Below are positions 25,915-36,536 of a stretch of DNA of 64,000 bases, one piece after another (position 1 is the stretch's first letter; the number at the start of each line of letters is the position of its first letter). The translations under genes were made by a program, and so were the position numbers. The stretch lies in contig JAQBRI010000008.1 in the NCBI GenBank assembly GCA_028286585.1, positions 84,476-148,475 of the forward strand, in the 5' to 3' direction. Below the pieces are notes generated by a model, which was not told the DNA's origin, did not search any database, and saw nothing but the letters and a program-made list of their open reading frames with translations. The stretch comes from Candidatus Kaiserbacteria bacterium (GTDB lineage Bacteria > Patescibacteriota > Minisyncoccia > Phycocordibacterales > UBA2100).

Positions 25915-27312
25915 TTAGTAAAGCGGTGTAACATTTACTGTCGCCGAAACTGTTGCTGAACGACCGTTGTCATCAGTAACTGTAAACATTGGTGTGTAAA
26001 TGCCAGACCGGCTATACGCATGAGTAAATGTCGCACTTGTCTGGACAGTGGTAGGGGCAGGAGCCATTATCTGACTCGCCGCCATATTGTTTTCGTCACC
26101 CCATACGACTGAGTAGTGCAAGTTACTGGTTGCGTTTGACATGGTTGCTGTATGCACTGTCCATGTGCCCTGAGTACCGAGAGCGAGTGTTGTTGGTGCG
26201 TCTATTCCGCTAATCGAAGGACCAGTGTTTGAAGTACTACCGCCTGTCACGGTAAATGTAACCGAGTTACTGGTACCGTTTTCGTTTTGGACGTAGATAG
26301 TGTAGGTTCCCGGAGTAATCAACTGCATGTACATTGCACACATGGAGTTTGGAGGGCAGTACGGACCAATGGATGAAGGAACTGTAATCGTAAGTGTCTG
26401 ATTAATTCCGCCATGGCAGGTTGGGTCGGTTGTACATGCAATCGCTATACTCGATGTTATCGGAATATTTCCAAACGCACCGGCTCCAAAGTGGACGGTA
26501 TTATTTGAAGTAAATCCAAAACCTCGAATGTTGATCGTTGTACCAACTGGGCCTTGTGTTGGAGTTATTGAGTAAATTGTTACGGGAGTCTGAGTAGTTG
26601 TATCGTTGGTCACCGTAAAGCTTACTGCATTACTGGTGCCGTTGGCGTTTTGAACTGACACTTGGTAATCGCCTGGTGTTGTTTGTCGGGAAAGAACAGC
26701 GCACATTGGTGAGGTAAATCTACAAGCTGGGTCAAGAGAACTTGGAACAGTAAATGTAAGAGTGCTTCCATCGTTTGATACAGCGTGCACTATTGCTCCG
26801 CCACCAAAGAGAATCGTATTGTCAGATGTAAACCCTGAACCATGTATGGTTACAGTTGCACCAACTGGTCCTGTATTTGGAGAAACATACTGTAGCTGCA
26901 CGACTCCTGCTTGAGGATAGTTACAATATTTTGCTGCCATATGCGCACGTGTCTGTACGCCAACATATCCGGTTGAACTTACTCCGTTGTCACGCTGAAA
27001 GTTCATGACTGCACGCATGGTAAGTGCACCAAAGTATCCGGTTGCACCTTGAGAGAAGTATCCTTGTGACGCAAGAAAGTTCTGCAAGTTTGTTACTTCT
27101 CCTGCGGTTGACTGATCACGAGTGCCTACGTAAAGGTTACGTGTGAAATTGAAACATCGTTGCTGCTGTGGGGCAATAAGAGTCCCTACGGAGGATGACG
27201 TTTGAGAACCAATGACCTGAGCGCCAACCGATGTTGCGAATACAAGTCCTAATAATGCAAAAAGCGTTGCAAGAAACAAGCTCGCGATATAGGTGTTTTT
27301 TGAAATAGTCAT
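25915..27312 (-). CDS. Secreted protein with a peptidoglycan-binding domain and two IPT/TIG-like Ig repeats
   Basis: Signal peptide, then PG_binding_1-like 'NLQNFLASQGYFSQGATGYFGALTMRAVMNFQRDNG'. Two 'SPNTGPVGATVTIHGSGFTS' / 'TPTQGPVGTTINIRGFGFTS' repeats follow. Start taken at MTISKN. Confidence 0.6.
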   Translation of the reverse strand: MTISKNTYIASLFLATLFALLGLVFATSVGAQVIGSQTSSSVGTLIAPQQQRCFNFTRNLYVGTRDQSTAGEVTNLQNFLASQGYFSQGATGYFGALTMRAVMNFQRDNGVSSTGYVGVQTRAHMAAKYCNYPQAGVVQLQYVSPNTGPVGATVTIHGSGFTSDNTILFGGGAIVHAVSNDGSTLTFTVPSSLDPACRFTSPMCAVLSRQTTPGDYQVSVQNANGTSNAVSFTVTNDTTTQTPVTIYSITPTQGPVGTTINIRGFGFTSNNTVHFGAGAFGNIPITSSIAIACTTDPTCHGGINQTLTITVPSSIGPYCPPNSMCAMYMQLITPGTYTIYVQNENGTSNSVTFTVTGGSTSNTGPSISGIDAPTTLALGTQGTWTVHTATMSNATSNLHYSVVWGDENNMAASQIMAPAPTTVQTSATFTHAYSRSGIYTPMFTVTDDNGRSATVSATVNVTPLY

Positions 27313-27502
27313 ATAAGTATAAGTAAATTGATAATTAGTCATGATGCATAAAGGGTATGTAAGTATGACGTCTGTGTACACTATATCTTACGAAACGGTG
27401 CTGATAATGGATAACCACATACCTGCACTTTTTTGCTTACTATTGACAAAAACGTCTCAACGTTATAGGTTGAAATAGGGGTAATAACTATGGAGATGCG
27501 TA

Positions 27503-27988
27503 GTGAAGTCAATGCATATCGTTAAGCTGGTCGTACTGTTCGCTCTCGGACAAGTATGGCTGACTCAAGTAGCACAAGCAGATCTTCTGACAAAGATTGG
27601 TATGTGTGAATCGCATGGTCAGCAATTTGCCGGTAACGGCCGTGTGTTGCGCAATCGGCAAAATCCGCACGTCGTTGGTATATTCCAGATCAACGAAAAG
27701 TACCACGCACGAAAAGCATTTAGCCTGGGGATGAATATCTATACCCCAACAGGTAACAGGGCATTTGCGCAGCATCTGTTTGCCACCCAAGGTGCACGTC
27801 CGTGGCTCGCATCTGCTGGCTGCTGGAATCATCGCGGCGGCTCTACGATAGTCGGGCATAGATCTCGCACTCGCGCGCGAACTGCCACCTACATGCCGAC
27901 GTACACGTCGGGTGACGGTTCTTATTGGCCAACATATGATCGGAGACAGCGTGTGTCGGCGGCTGGAAGTTATTTGCCGCGACAGTAA
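27503..27988 (+). CDS. Secreted transglycosylase-like (Rpf/SLT-like) domain protein
   Basis: Signal peptide, then 'IGMCESHGQQF...GIFQINEKYH', resembling the transglycosylase-like domain. Confidence 0.5.
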   Translation: MKSMHIVKLVVLFALGQVWLTQVAQADLLTKIGMCESHGQQFAGNGRVLRNRQNPHVVGIFQINEKYHARKAFSLGMNIYTPTGNRAFAQHLFATQGARPWLASAGCWNHRGGSTIVGHRSRTRARTATYMPTYTSGDGSYWPTYDRRQRVSAAGSYLPRQ

Positions 27989-28082
27989 TCTAGTTCTTTA
28001 GATCTTTGAAATGAAAACCTGCCGGGTAATACTCGGCAGGTTTTTTGTTTTTAGCGTCCCTTGTCGGTATACTTCTGTTTAT

Positions 28083-28544
28083 ATGAATTATTGGCTTATT
28101 AAGTCCGAAGCAGAGATGTATTCCATCGATGATCTTGAGCGAGACAAGATAATATCTTGGGAAGAGATACGCAACTACCAAGCGCGAAATTATATGCGAC
28201 AAATGAAAACAGGTGATTTGTTGCTTTTTTATCATTCGATGAGCAATCCAACTGGGGTCGCAGGAATAGCAAAGGTTGCCTCACCTATACATGCCGATCA
28301 GTCTCAATTTGATACCGCGAGTGAATATTTTGATCCGAAAGCAACTTCGGACTCTCCAATATGGGAATGTGTCGATGTACAGTTTGTAGAAAAATTTGCA
28401 CACACTGTTTCTTTGGAAAGTATCAAGGCGGACGCACTACTTGATGGAATGCTTGTGCGTGCACGCGGTTCACGACTCTCTGTACAGCCGGTCTCTCATG
28501 CTCACTTTGAGCATATTGTTGGACTGGGTCAAAAAAAGAACTAA
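28083..28544 (+). CDS. EVE (PUA-like) domain protein
   Basis: Canonical EVE N-terminus 'MNYWLIKSEAEMYSIDDL'. Confidence 0.7.
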   Translation: MNYWLIKSEAEMYSIDDLERDKIISWEEIRNYQARNYMRQMKTGDLLLFYHSMSNPTGVAGIAKVASPIHADQSQFDTASEYFDPKATSDSPIWECVDVQFVEKFAHTVSLESIKADALLDGMLVRARGSRLSVQPVSHAHFEHIVGLGQKKN

Positions 28545-28580
28545 GAAGCCATTTGGTCCAAGTTGGTGTACACTCTCAGC

Positions 28581-29162
28581 ATGGAAATCAAATCAGCTAC
28601 ATTCATCAAAGGTGTTCGGGGTACAGATGATGTTGTTACCGACGGAATACCGCAAGTTGCCTTTGTGGGACGATCGAATGTTGGCAAATCCAGCGTTATC
28701 AATAGCCTGTGTAATAACGGTGGATTGGCAAAGACGGGCAAAAAACCAGGTAAAACAACCGAAATAAACTTTTTTTCAATAAACAAAGACGAGCTATACA
28801 TTGTGGATCTTCCTGGGTATGGTTATGCAAAAGTAGGACCCAAGGAAAAAGAAATGCTCAAAAAGTTAATCTATTGGTACGTTGCAGACGCTGGTGTTAA
28901 GCCGCGTGTCATTGTAGTCGTGATTGATACAAAAGTGGGAATCACACGCTATGACACTGAAATGATAGATCTTTTGAAAGAGTGTGGGCAAAACTATGTC
29001 ATTGCGGCTAACAAATCAGACAAGCTTACACAAAAGGGGCTTGCAGATCAGCTAAAGATTATCAAGCCGCTCGCACAAGGCGCACCGGTTATTCCATGCA
29101 CCACAACAAAACAAAACGGCACCAAGCAGTTATTTGAAAAAGTATTTAACGAAAACGTATAA
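28581..29162 (+). CDS. engB: Ribosome-biogenesis GTPase EngB/YsxC
   Basis: G1 'GRSNVGKSS', G3 'DLPGYGY' and G4 'NKSDK'. The alignment with YsxC starts at 'MEIKS'. Confidence 0.85.
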   Translation: MEIKSATFIKGVRGTDDVVTDGIPQVAFVGRSNVGKSSVINSLCNNGGLAKTGKKPGKTTEINFFSINKDELYIVDLPGYGYAKVGPKEKEMLKKLIYWYVADAGVKPRVIVVVIDTKVGITRYDTEMIDLLKECGQNYVIAANKSDKLTQKGLADQLKIIKPLAQGAPVIPCTTTKQNGTKQLFEKVFNENV

Positions 29163-29165
29163 AAT

Positions 29166-30275
29166 TTAACGGATCGATTGGTATCCACCAATGGTTCCAT
29201 GTTTTGAAAGTACAATCTGCCACAATTCAATCTGTCCGCAGCGAAATCCTCCCGCACAAGAGAGTAGATAATACTTCCACATACGATAAAAACGATCGTC
29301 ATATTTGTCGCGCAGCTCTGGCCAGTGTGTATCAAAATTCTTAAACCACTGCATTAGGGTCAAATCATAATACGGTCCAAAATTATGCCAGTCTTCCATG
29401 ATGAAAAGTTTCTCAATCGCGGTACCAATCTGCGCAATTGACGGAAGCATTCCGTTTGGAAATATATATTTGTCGATCCATGGGTCAGCATGCGTTGTGG
29501 TCACATAGCTGCCAATAGTGTGTAGCAAAAAATAACCGTCGTCTGAAAGTACGTCATATACCTTTTGCATATAACTCCGATAGTTTTTGTAGCCGACGTG
29601 TTCGAACATGCCAATGGAGACAACGTGATCAAACGTACCTTGTACATCATGATAATCCATAAGACGGCTTTCAACCTTGTCTGAGACTCGCACACTATTT
29701 GCATATGCCACCTGCTCTTTTGAGACCGAAACACCAATACCGCGTGCATCGTATTTTTCACCTGCAAAATTAAGAAAACTACCCCAGCCGGATCCAATAT
29801 CCAGTATATTTTGCCCAGGTTTTAATCCAATCTTGCGGCATACCAGGTCGAGCTTGGCCTCTTGTGCTTCATCGAGGGTGTTGGCGTCTTTCCAATATCC
29901 ACAGGTATACGTCATCCGTCTATCCAGCATTGCCTTGTATAAATCGTTGCCGGCATCATAGTGTTTTTCTCCAACCTCGAACGCACGCGTGAGCTGTAAA
30001 TTTGTTATGCGCGCCTTTAACGCTGTCCAAACTAGTACCGGATTATACATAAATCGTGAAGGAATCTTGGCCGACATAAGATGAACAAAAAACTGATCAA
30101 GCTCGATCGCGTCCCACCAGCCATCCATATACGCTTCTCCAAGCCCAAGAGAACCCTTTGCCAGTACTTTATCGTAGAGTTTCTCATTATGTACCTGTAT
30201 ATCCCAGGGCCGTGTACCATTAATTGTGATATCTGCCGTCGTTAAAAAGTCTTGTATAAAACCCTTTGAACTCAT
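29166..30275 (-). CDS. cfa: Cyclopropane-fatty-acyl-phospholipid synthase
   Basis: N-terminus 'GSLGLGEAYMDGWW', SAM-binding motif 'VLDIGSGWG' and a conserved C-terminal Cys. Start set at 'MSSKG'; alternative ATGs lie at 30284 and 30344. Confidence 0.85.
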   Translation of the reverse strand: MSSKGFIQDFLTTADITINGTRPWDIQVHNEKLYDKVLAKGSLGLGEAYMDGWWDAIELDQFFVHLMSAKIPSRFMYNPVLVWTALKARITNLQLTRAFEVGEKHYDAGNDLYKAMLDRRMTYTCGYWKDANTLDEAQEAKLDLVCRKIGLKPGQNILDIGSGWGSFLNFAGEKYDARGIGVSVSKEQVAYANSVRVSDKVESRLMDYHDVQGTFDHVVSIGMFEHVGYKNYRSYMQKVYDVLSDDGYFLLHTIGSYVTTTHADPWIDKYIFPNGMLPSIAQIGTAIEKLFIMEDWHNFGPYYDLTLMQWFKNFDTHWPELRDKYDDRFYRMWKYYLLSCAGGFRCGQIELWQIVLSKHGTIGGYQSIR

Positions 30276-30323
30276 ATATGTCATTTCTATCAGGAATCTG
30301 TAGAAAGTAAACAGGGATGTAGT

Positions 30324-30800
30324 ATGATCAATACCATGAAGCAAGCGACGCTAGCATACTGCATCCGTGAAAATGAAGTTCTTTTGGGTATGAAAAAGCG
30401 CGGTTTTGGTGTTGGTAAATGGAACGGCTATGGTGGCAAGGTCAACGAAAATGAATCGATTCTCGATGCATTGGTGCGCGAGGTCAAAGAAGAAAGCGGA
30501 CTTGTTATTTCGGAGAGTAATACCAAACAAATTGCACATCTAAAATTTTTCTTTGAAGATGTTCCTATATTTGAATGTCATACTTTTTTAATTACCGAAT
30601 GGAGTGGTATTCCAAAAGAGACCGATGAAATGAAACCACAGTGGTTTGCAGTCGATACACTTCCGTATGAAGACATGTGGTCATCTGATATACATTGGCT
30701 GCCGCAGGCGCTTTCGGGTAACAAAGTTTCAGCCACCATACGATTTGATGCAAAAGGGGACACAGTACAAGAATATATTGAGAACGATGTCGATTTTTAA
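30324..30800 (+). CDS. NUDIX hydrolase (MutT-like)
   Basis: Nudix box 'GKWNGYGGKVNENESILDALVREVKEESGL'. Confidence 0.8.
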   Translation: MINTMKQATLAYCIRENEVLLGMKKRGFGVGKWNGYGGKVNENESILDALVREVKEESGLVISESNTKQIAHLKFFFEDVPIFECHTFLITEWSGIPKETDEMKPQWFAVDTLPYEDMWSSDIHWLPQALSGNKVSATIRFDAKGDTVQEYIENDVDF

Positions 30801-30836
30801 ATGATACCTATTTTTGAGTGTTACTATATATGCATG

Positions 30837-32312
30837 CAACACATACTTTCAAAACAGGGGATATTATTCGTGTATTTTTTTATATCAATAATTATACTTT
30901 TACCGATCTCATTTGCGCATGCAGATGGAACAGTATCAATTCAAGGGCTTAATCCTGGAACAGTCGTAACACCCGGAACAACCGTCTCATTTTTTGCTGC
31001 AATAACGGGCTTCACAAGACCATCATTTACTGTTGTTGATTCCGCATCAAGCACTTTGCGCGCAGATGATATTTTTAATTCGGGGACTTTTTACTGGACC
31101 CCGGCGATGAGCGATGTGGGGCCACATACTCTGACGGTCTCGGTGAGTGACTTTTATGGTAACGCAGCTTCTGCAAGTCAAGTAATAACCGTCAGCGCCA
31201 CATCTTCATTAAGCGTTCCCTCGACTATCCCGGGCAGTTCTATAACGACTGGTCAGCCGTTTACATTTTCTGTAACGCCGCAGGGAATACTTAATCCAAA
31301 CTATACAATTAAGGATTCATTTGGTAACTCTTCAATCTCGAGCACGAATATTAATGTATCGGGTACTGTTGTTTGGACACCTGCAAATTCAGACGTTGGA
31401 CAGCATACTTTGCAAATTATTGGTACCGACTATCATGGAGTAATTGCATCAGTTTCCATTCCTATTACGGTAGTTGGAATATCAGCAACTGTCCAAAATG
31501 AGAGCGCAAGCAGTACCGTAGTTGGAATACCGTTTACATTTCAAATAGACACAACCGGATTTACCACTCCAACCTATCTTGCATATGATTCTACCTTCGG
31601 ATCATCGTTTAATGGATCAAACATTGACGTCTCAGGTAAGGTGACATGGACACCAACTTCAATTGATTCAGGAACACATACATTAAATATTATAGTGAGT
31701 GATTTGTTAGGTCATTCAACAACAGTCAGAAAGGTAATAATTGTAGGACAGCCAAGTCTCACTATCGGATCATTGTCACCAGGCGCGGTTGTTGCTGTTG
31801 GTACTCCAGTTACCTTTAATTTATTGCAAAATAGTCTTGCCTCACCAACATATGTGATAAGCGATAGTATGTACAACACATCAATTGCAAGTACGAGTAT
31901 AAATAGTCTGGGTATCTTCAACTGGACACCGGTTGTTACAGACATTGGTACACATGTTTTGAACATTACCTTCTCTGACGTTCCAGGGCATTATGTTGCA
32001 ACCTCACTTGGTCTTCGGGTTGTTGCAAGCGGCACGCCTATTTCTATTACAGCTCCGGCTGCTCCACAAACAGGAACTCCTCATTCGTCTACCAAATATG
32101 TATTTACAAAGGTTCTGTCATTGGGATCGAGCGGCGCCGCCGTAACAGCGCTACAAAATCTACTAACAGTTGATGGCGTGTATTCCGGTCCTATTATTGG
32201 AACATTTGGACCTCGTACACAAGTAGCGGTAAAACTTTTTCAAAAGAAACATGGTCTTTCACAAGTGGGTAGTGTAGGCCCGGCAACGCGCGCTCTACTT
32301 AACCAGCTTTAA
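30837..32312 (+). CDS. Secreted protein with five tandem Ig-like repeats and a C-terminal peptidoglycan-binding domain
   Basis: Signal peptide, then a ~90-aa repeat ending in 'WTP..SDVG.HTL' five times, then PG_binding_1-like 'LQNLLTVDGVYSGPIIGTFGPRTQVAVKLFQKKHGL'. Confidence 0.6.
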   Translation, partial: QHILSKQGILFVYFFISIIILLPISFAHADGTVSIQGLNPGTVVTPGTTVSFFAAITGFTRPSFTVVDSASSTLRADDIFNSGTFYWTPAMSDVGPHTLTVSVSDFYGNAASASQVITVSATSSLSVPSTIPGSSITTGQPFTFSVTPQGILNPNYTIKDSFGNSSISSTNINVSGTVVWTPANSDVGQHTLQIIGTDYHGVIASVSIPITVVGISATVQNESASSTVVGIPFTFQIDTTGFTTPTYLAYDSTFGSSFNGSNIDVSGKVTWTPTSIDSGTHTLNIIVSDLLGHSTTVRKVIIVGQPSLTIGSLSPGAVVAVGTPVTFNLLQNSLASPTYVISDSMYNTSIASTSINSLGIFNWTPVVTDIGTHVLNITFSDVPGHYVATSLGLRVVASGTPISITAPAAPQTGTPHSSTKYVFTKVLSLGSSGAAVTALQNLLTVDGVYSGPIIGTFGPRTQVAVKLFQKKHGLSQVGSVGPATRALLNQL

Positions 32313-32410
32313 AATCTGCGTGAGTAGGGCAGGCTTTTAGCAGAATATATTTGGAATGAGGTGTAAATACCCGCATGCTGTGCTACTATGCAAGTGACAA
32401 ATCACATGGT

Positions 32411-33244
32411 ATGAACAGACATCCTAAAAAAACCAATAAAAACGCGCCTAAAACGACAATTTCTCGTACCGGCAGGCGCGTATCACGTACGCAGCGTGCG
32501 ATGAAGCCTGCACCGGTGCAATCAAGCACCGAGGCCACCTTTCCAATGCGCGTCAATAAATATTTGGCATTTACCAATCACAGTACTCGCAAAGGGGGTG
32601 ACGAACTTGTCGAAAAGGGTATGGTCTTCATAAATGACCGAAAGGCTGTTCTTGGCGACATGGTGCAAGAGACCGATCGTGTAGAAGTGCGGAGAAAAGG
32701 AAAGCAGCCAACATATCATTACTTGGCACTCAACAAACCACCGGGTGTAAACACACACAAAGAATCGATAGACGACACCGACGTGCTTGATCTTGTTCCA
32801 AAGGAGATGCGCATGCATAAGTTTTTCCCTATAGGAAGACTCGACAAGGCCTCGGAAGGGTTGATTATTCTCACCGACGACGGCCGCGTAACCGACAGAC
32901 TGCTCAATCCAAAATATGATCATGATAAAACGTACGAAGTAAAAGTTAAGATGTCGCTCCGTACAAACTTTAAAGAAAAGATGGAAGGTGGCGTTGATAT
33001 CGAAGGATACGAAACCAAACCGTGTGAAGTTACAATTACGGGTGAAAAATCATTTCGCGTTGTACTTACTGAAGGAAAGACGCATCAAATTCGCCGCATG
33101 GTTGCAGCACTCTTTAATGAAGTTGTCTCTCTCAAGCGGTCAAGAATTCTAAATGTAAAACTCGGCACAATGCCGGCGGGAGGACACCGAATAATCCAGG
33201 GTGACGAATTGCAACTTTTCCTAAAAAACTTGAGTCTTGTGTAA
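32411..33244 (+). CDS. Pseudouridine synthase (RsuA/RluB family) with an S4 domain
   Basis: S4 segment 'RVNKYLAFTNHSTRKGGDELVEKGMVFIND' and catalytic 'GRLDKASEGLIILTDDG'. Confidence 0.8.
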   Translation: MNRHPKKTNKNAPKTTISRTGRRVSRTQRAMKPAPVQSSTEATFPMRVNKYLAFTNHSTRKGGDELVEKGMVFINDRKAVLGDMVQETDRVEVRRKGKQPTYHYLALNKPPGVNTHKESIDDTDVLDLVPKEMRMHKFFPIGRLDKASEGLIILTDDGRVTDRLLNPKYDHDKTYEVKVKMSLRTNFKEKMEGGVDIEGYETKPCEVTITGEKSFRVVLTEGKTHQIRRMVAALFNEVVSLKRSRILNVKLGTMPAGGHRIIQGDELQLFLKNLSLV

Positions 33245-33257
33245 TATACTAGTAGGT

Positions 33258-34373
33258 ATGCCTCGATTGTACGTGATTCTAATCTTTGTATGCATCATAT
33301 TGTGCATATTGAGTTTCGGCATCTTATCTATATTTGAATTTTTGCTGCACTCATTTTCAAATGCGTCGCCCTTTTTCTTTGTACTGTTATTGTCATTGCT
33401 TTGTTTTTGTACATTTGGTTTTATTGCAATGTCGGTAGTGTCACAATACTATTACAATACAGTAAGCCGAGCACTCTACACACTCTCTGCAATATGGATG
33501 GGACTCTTTGCGTATCTCCTTATGGGTTCGGCATTGGGAAGTGTTGGTGAAATGATTTTTGGAATATATGGGCAACAGGCCAGAGAAGTTATTGGAGTAG
33601 TAGTGGTCCTGGGGGCATGCATTGTCACTTGGTACGGAGTGAGGCGAGCAAAGCAAATATATACTCACTCGGTATCAGTTACGATACCCAACTTGCCCGC
33701 GGCATGGAAAGGGAAAAAAGCGGTATGGGTGAGCGATCTTCATCTGGGTCAAATATATGGTTCGAAGCATGCACAAAAGGTGGTTTCGTCCATTCAAAGT
33801 CTTTCTCCGGATATCGTATTTGTGGGTGGAGATGTGTTTGATGGGACAAAAGCGCCGGACTTACATGTACTTGTCGCACCGTTTAAAACTGTTAAGCCAT
33901 CGGAAGGTATTTATTATATAACCGGCAATCATGAAGAGTTTGGAGATAAAACCATTTTTCTTGATGCTATTAGGGGTTCTGGTATGCAGGTATTGATGGA
34001 TGAATGCCGCACAATAAATGGCATGCAAATCATTGGTGTGGATTATGCGCACGCATCCAAGGAAAAGGATTTTAGAATGCTGCTCAAGAATATTGCATAT
34101 GATCCTGCACTCCCATCGATATTACTTAAACATGAACCAAAACATTTAGATGTTGCCGAGGACGCGGGAATATCCCTTCAGATATCGGGTCATACACATC
34201 GCGCACAAATGTGGCCGCTTGAATACATTGCACGCCTTGCCTACAAGGGATATTCATACGGTTTAAAATCATATGGCAAGATGCATGTACTTGTATCAAG
34301 TGGGGCGGGAACATGGGGGCCGCCATTGCGCGTTGGTACCGAATCAGAAGTTGTACTGATAACGTTTACGTAG
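33258..34373 (+). CDS. Membrane-anchored calcineurin-like metallophosphoesterase
   Basis: TM helices followed by 'VSDLHLG', 'GGDVFDG', 'GNHE' and 'GHTHR' motifs. Confidence 0.75.
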   Translation: MPRLYVILIFVCIILCILSFGILSIFEFLLHSFSNASPFFFVLLLSLLCFCTFGFIAMSVVSQYYYNTVSRALYTLSAIWMGLFAYLLMGSALGSVGEMIFGIYGQQAREVIGVVVVLGACIVTWYGVRRAKQIYTHSVSVTIPNLPAAWKGKKAVWVSDLHLGQIYGSKHAQKVVSSIQSLSPDIVFVGGDVFDGTKAPDLHVLVAPFKTVKPSEGIYYITGNHEEFGDKTIFLDAIRGSGMQVLMDECRTINGMQIIGVDYAHASKEKDFRMLLKNIAYDPALPSILLKHEPKHLDVAEDAGISLQISGHTHRAQMWPLEYIARLAYKGYSYGLKSYGKMHVLVSSGAGTWGPPLRVGTESEVVLITFT

Positions 34374-34376
34374 GAT

Positions 34377-34637
34377 ATGTATTACGTCTATATTGTTCAG
34401 TGTCGTGACGAAAGTCTCTATACTGGCATCACGACCGATACCAAACGGCGCGTACACGAACATAATACGTCCAAAAAAGCAGCGCAATATACCAAGTCAC
34501 GCCGCCCGGTGACACTTGTATTTGCCAAAAAATGTTCAACACGATCGGTCGCTCAAAAGTATGAATATCGTATAAAAAACCTTACCCGAGAGGAAAAAAT
34601 GATTCTTATTGCAAAAAAACGAATTTCCGCTGTATGA
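34377..34637 (+). CDS. GIY-YIG nuclease-family small protein
   Basis: 'MYYVYIVQCRDESLYTGITTDTKRRVHEHN' is a GIY-YIG signature. Confidence 0.7.
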   Translation: MYYVYIVQCRDESLYTGITTDTKRRVHEHNTSKKAAQYTKSRRPVTLVFAKKCSTRSVAQKYEYRIKNLTREEKMILIAKKRISAV

Positions 34638-35227
34638 TGGGGTATATGACAAACATCGACCTTTCTTTATTTTATTCGTTACATAATCTCGCCGGACAAT
34701 CAAAGTTCATGGACTATGTAATAGTTTTCTTTGGACAATACGCGCTCTACCTCTATATTCTCTGTCTTGCGTATGTGTTGTACCGACACTATTCGTCAAA
34801 AGGTACAGGGGATATTGTACTGTATATACTTGCGATTATTAGTGCACTTTTTGCTCGTTTTGGTGTTGCAAGTTTAGTACGCTATTTTTACCATCACGCG
34901 CGACCCTATACCGCACTGCAAATTCCACATCTTTTGACTGATACGTCCAGCTCTTTTCCTTCGGGACATACGATATTTTTCTTTGCGCTTGCAACGGGTC
35001 TCTTGTTTGTAAACAAGCATCTTGCGTATGCTACGTATGCTCTTGGACTTATTGTGGGAATTGCACGCGTCATGGGCGGTGTTCATTATCCTTCTGATAT
35101 TGCTGGAGGAATCATACTCGGACTCATATCTGGATATCTCGTTTTTCAGGGGTTGTATTACGCGCTCTTTGGAAAAACGACATCAATCAACGTTGGCGCT
35201 GCAAACTCTATTGCAAGACGCTCTTAA
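34634..35227 (+). CDS. PAP2-family phosphatase (undecaprenyl-diphosphatase-like)
   Basis: 'SFPSGHT' and 'GVHYPSDIAGG' motifs; multi-TM. Confidence 0.75.
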   Translation: MMGYMTNIDLSLFYSLHNLAGQSKFMDYVIVFFGQYALYLYILCLAYVLYRHYSSKGTGDIVLYILAIISALFARFGVASLVRYFYHHARPYTALQIPHLLTDTSSSFPSGHTIFFFALATGLLFVNKHLAYATYALGLIVGIARVMGGVHYPSDIAGGIILGLISGYLVFQGLYYALFGKTTSINVGAANSIARRS

Positions 35228-35831
35228 GTACCGGATACACTTTGTCTGCTATTCGTGCATAGCCAATATCATTTGGATGCACTTCATCGCTCATCAGGTC
35301 TTTGTGGCCAATAAGTCCGTCGAGTACATCAGACACGTATGCACTTTTGGTCTGACTCGCAAGATCAGCAAAGGGGGACGCAAAATGATCAACGAGCACT
35401 CCGCCGCGAACTCCAAGTAATACAACGATGATCCCTTCTTTTTGAAAGGTCGAGATTATCGTCTTTAGATTTGCAAATGTAGTGTCCATTGGTACCCGCT
35501 GCAAATAGTCATTGCCCCCTAAAAGAAGTATGACTATCCGAGGGTGAAGCGCTTGTACTTCAGGTATTCGGGCAATGCCTTGTGCGGTTGTGTCTCCGGG
35601 CCTACCCATGTTTGTAATTGGCTGCTGTACCTTTTGCGAAAGGACGGAAACAAAGTCGTGTCCTTGCGTTGACCCTGTCCCGTATACCAAACTATCCCCA
35701 AATGCCACAATAGGGCCGGTTTGTGCTGTTGGGTAGTTCGTTATTTTTGAATTTCTTGGAAAAACAAAATATACACCAGCAATTACAACAATCATTATGG
35801 TACCTGCGACTATACATGTTCTTTTTTGCAT
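35208..35831 (-). CDS. SGNH/GDSL hydrolase (arylesterase-like)
   Basis: 'IVAFGDSLVYG', 'LLLGGNDY' and 'DEVHPN' blocks. Confidence 0.75.
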   Translation of the reverse strand: MQKRTCIVAGTIMIVVIAGVYFVFPRNSKITNYPTAQTGPIVAFGDSLVYGTGSTQGHDFVSVLSQKVQQPITNMGRPGDTTAQGIARIPEVQALHPRIVILLLGGNDYLQRVPMDTTFANLKTIISTFQKEGIIVVLLGVRGGVLVDHFASPFADLASQTKSAYVSDVLDGLIGHKDLMSDEVHPNDIGYARIADKVYPVLKSVLQ

Positions 35832-35837
35832 AGAATA

Positions 35838-36479
35838 TTATTTTCGTACAACAAGCTTTTTTACCGGCTTATGTTCGTCGGCAATGCGCCATAAATACCA
35901 TGATGCGAGGGACGCATGCGGGCGCCATTTTTTTGCCATTAGCTCCATTTCTTCGTGCGTAGGCAATGCCTCTAACTTATACATAATCTGAAATCCTTTT
36001 TTAATTCCCAGATCCAGCGTTGGAAGCACATCCTCTCGATGGAGAGTCGACATAAGAAACATTTGGGCTGTCCATACACCGATCCCTTTTACTTTTGTTA
36101 AGTGTTCAACAATTTGCTCATTAGTCATTTTGGCAAATGCTCGCGGCTTGATGGTACCATCGTTTATCTTGGTCGAAAGATCTAAAATATAAGAAACTTT
36201 TTGAGACGAGAGACCAGCCGTACGAAGTGTTGCTACTGGGGTTTGTAAAACTTGCTGCGGAGTGGGAAATTTTGTACCAAAGATACTTATAAACTTTTTC
36301 AAAATACTGGCGGCGGCTTTGCCAGAGACTTGTTGGTAAACAATTGAACGCACTAAGGATTGATACACGGTTCCTCGATTTTCCCAGCTGGGGACGCCAT
36401 GCTTCTTAATGACATGCTTAAAATACCTATTTTTTGCCAACAAATCAGGCAATGTTCTTACAGTTGTGTTTGCACGCAT
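35838..36479 (-). CDS. HhH-GPD DNA glycosylase (AlkA-like, 3-methyladenine)
   Basis: The HhH-GPD region has 'LTKVKGIGVWTAQMFL' and a catalytic Asp 'VLPTLDLGI'. Confidence 0.7.
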   Translation of the reverse strand: MRANTTVRTLPDLLAKNRYFKHVIKKHGVPSWENRGTVYQSLVRSIVYQQVSGKAAASILKKFISIFGTKFPTPQQVLQTPVATLRTAGLSSQKVSYILDLSTKINDGTIKPRAFAKMTNEQIVEHLTKVKGIGVWTAQMFLMSTLHREDVLPTLDLGIKKGFQIMYKLEALPTHEEMELMAKKWRPHASLASWYLWRIADEHKPVKKLVVRK

Positions 36480-36536
36480 AGTTTAAATGTAGCATTTTTT
36501 ACTTGGTTTTATAGCTTTTTTTGCTAGTATGGTTAT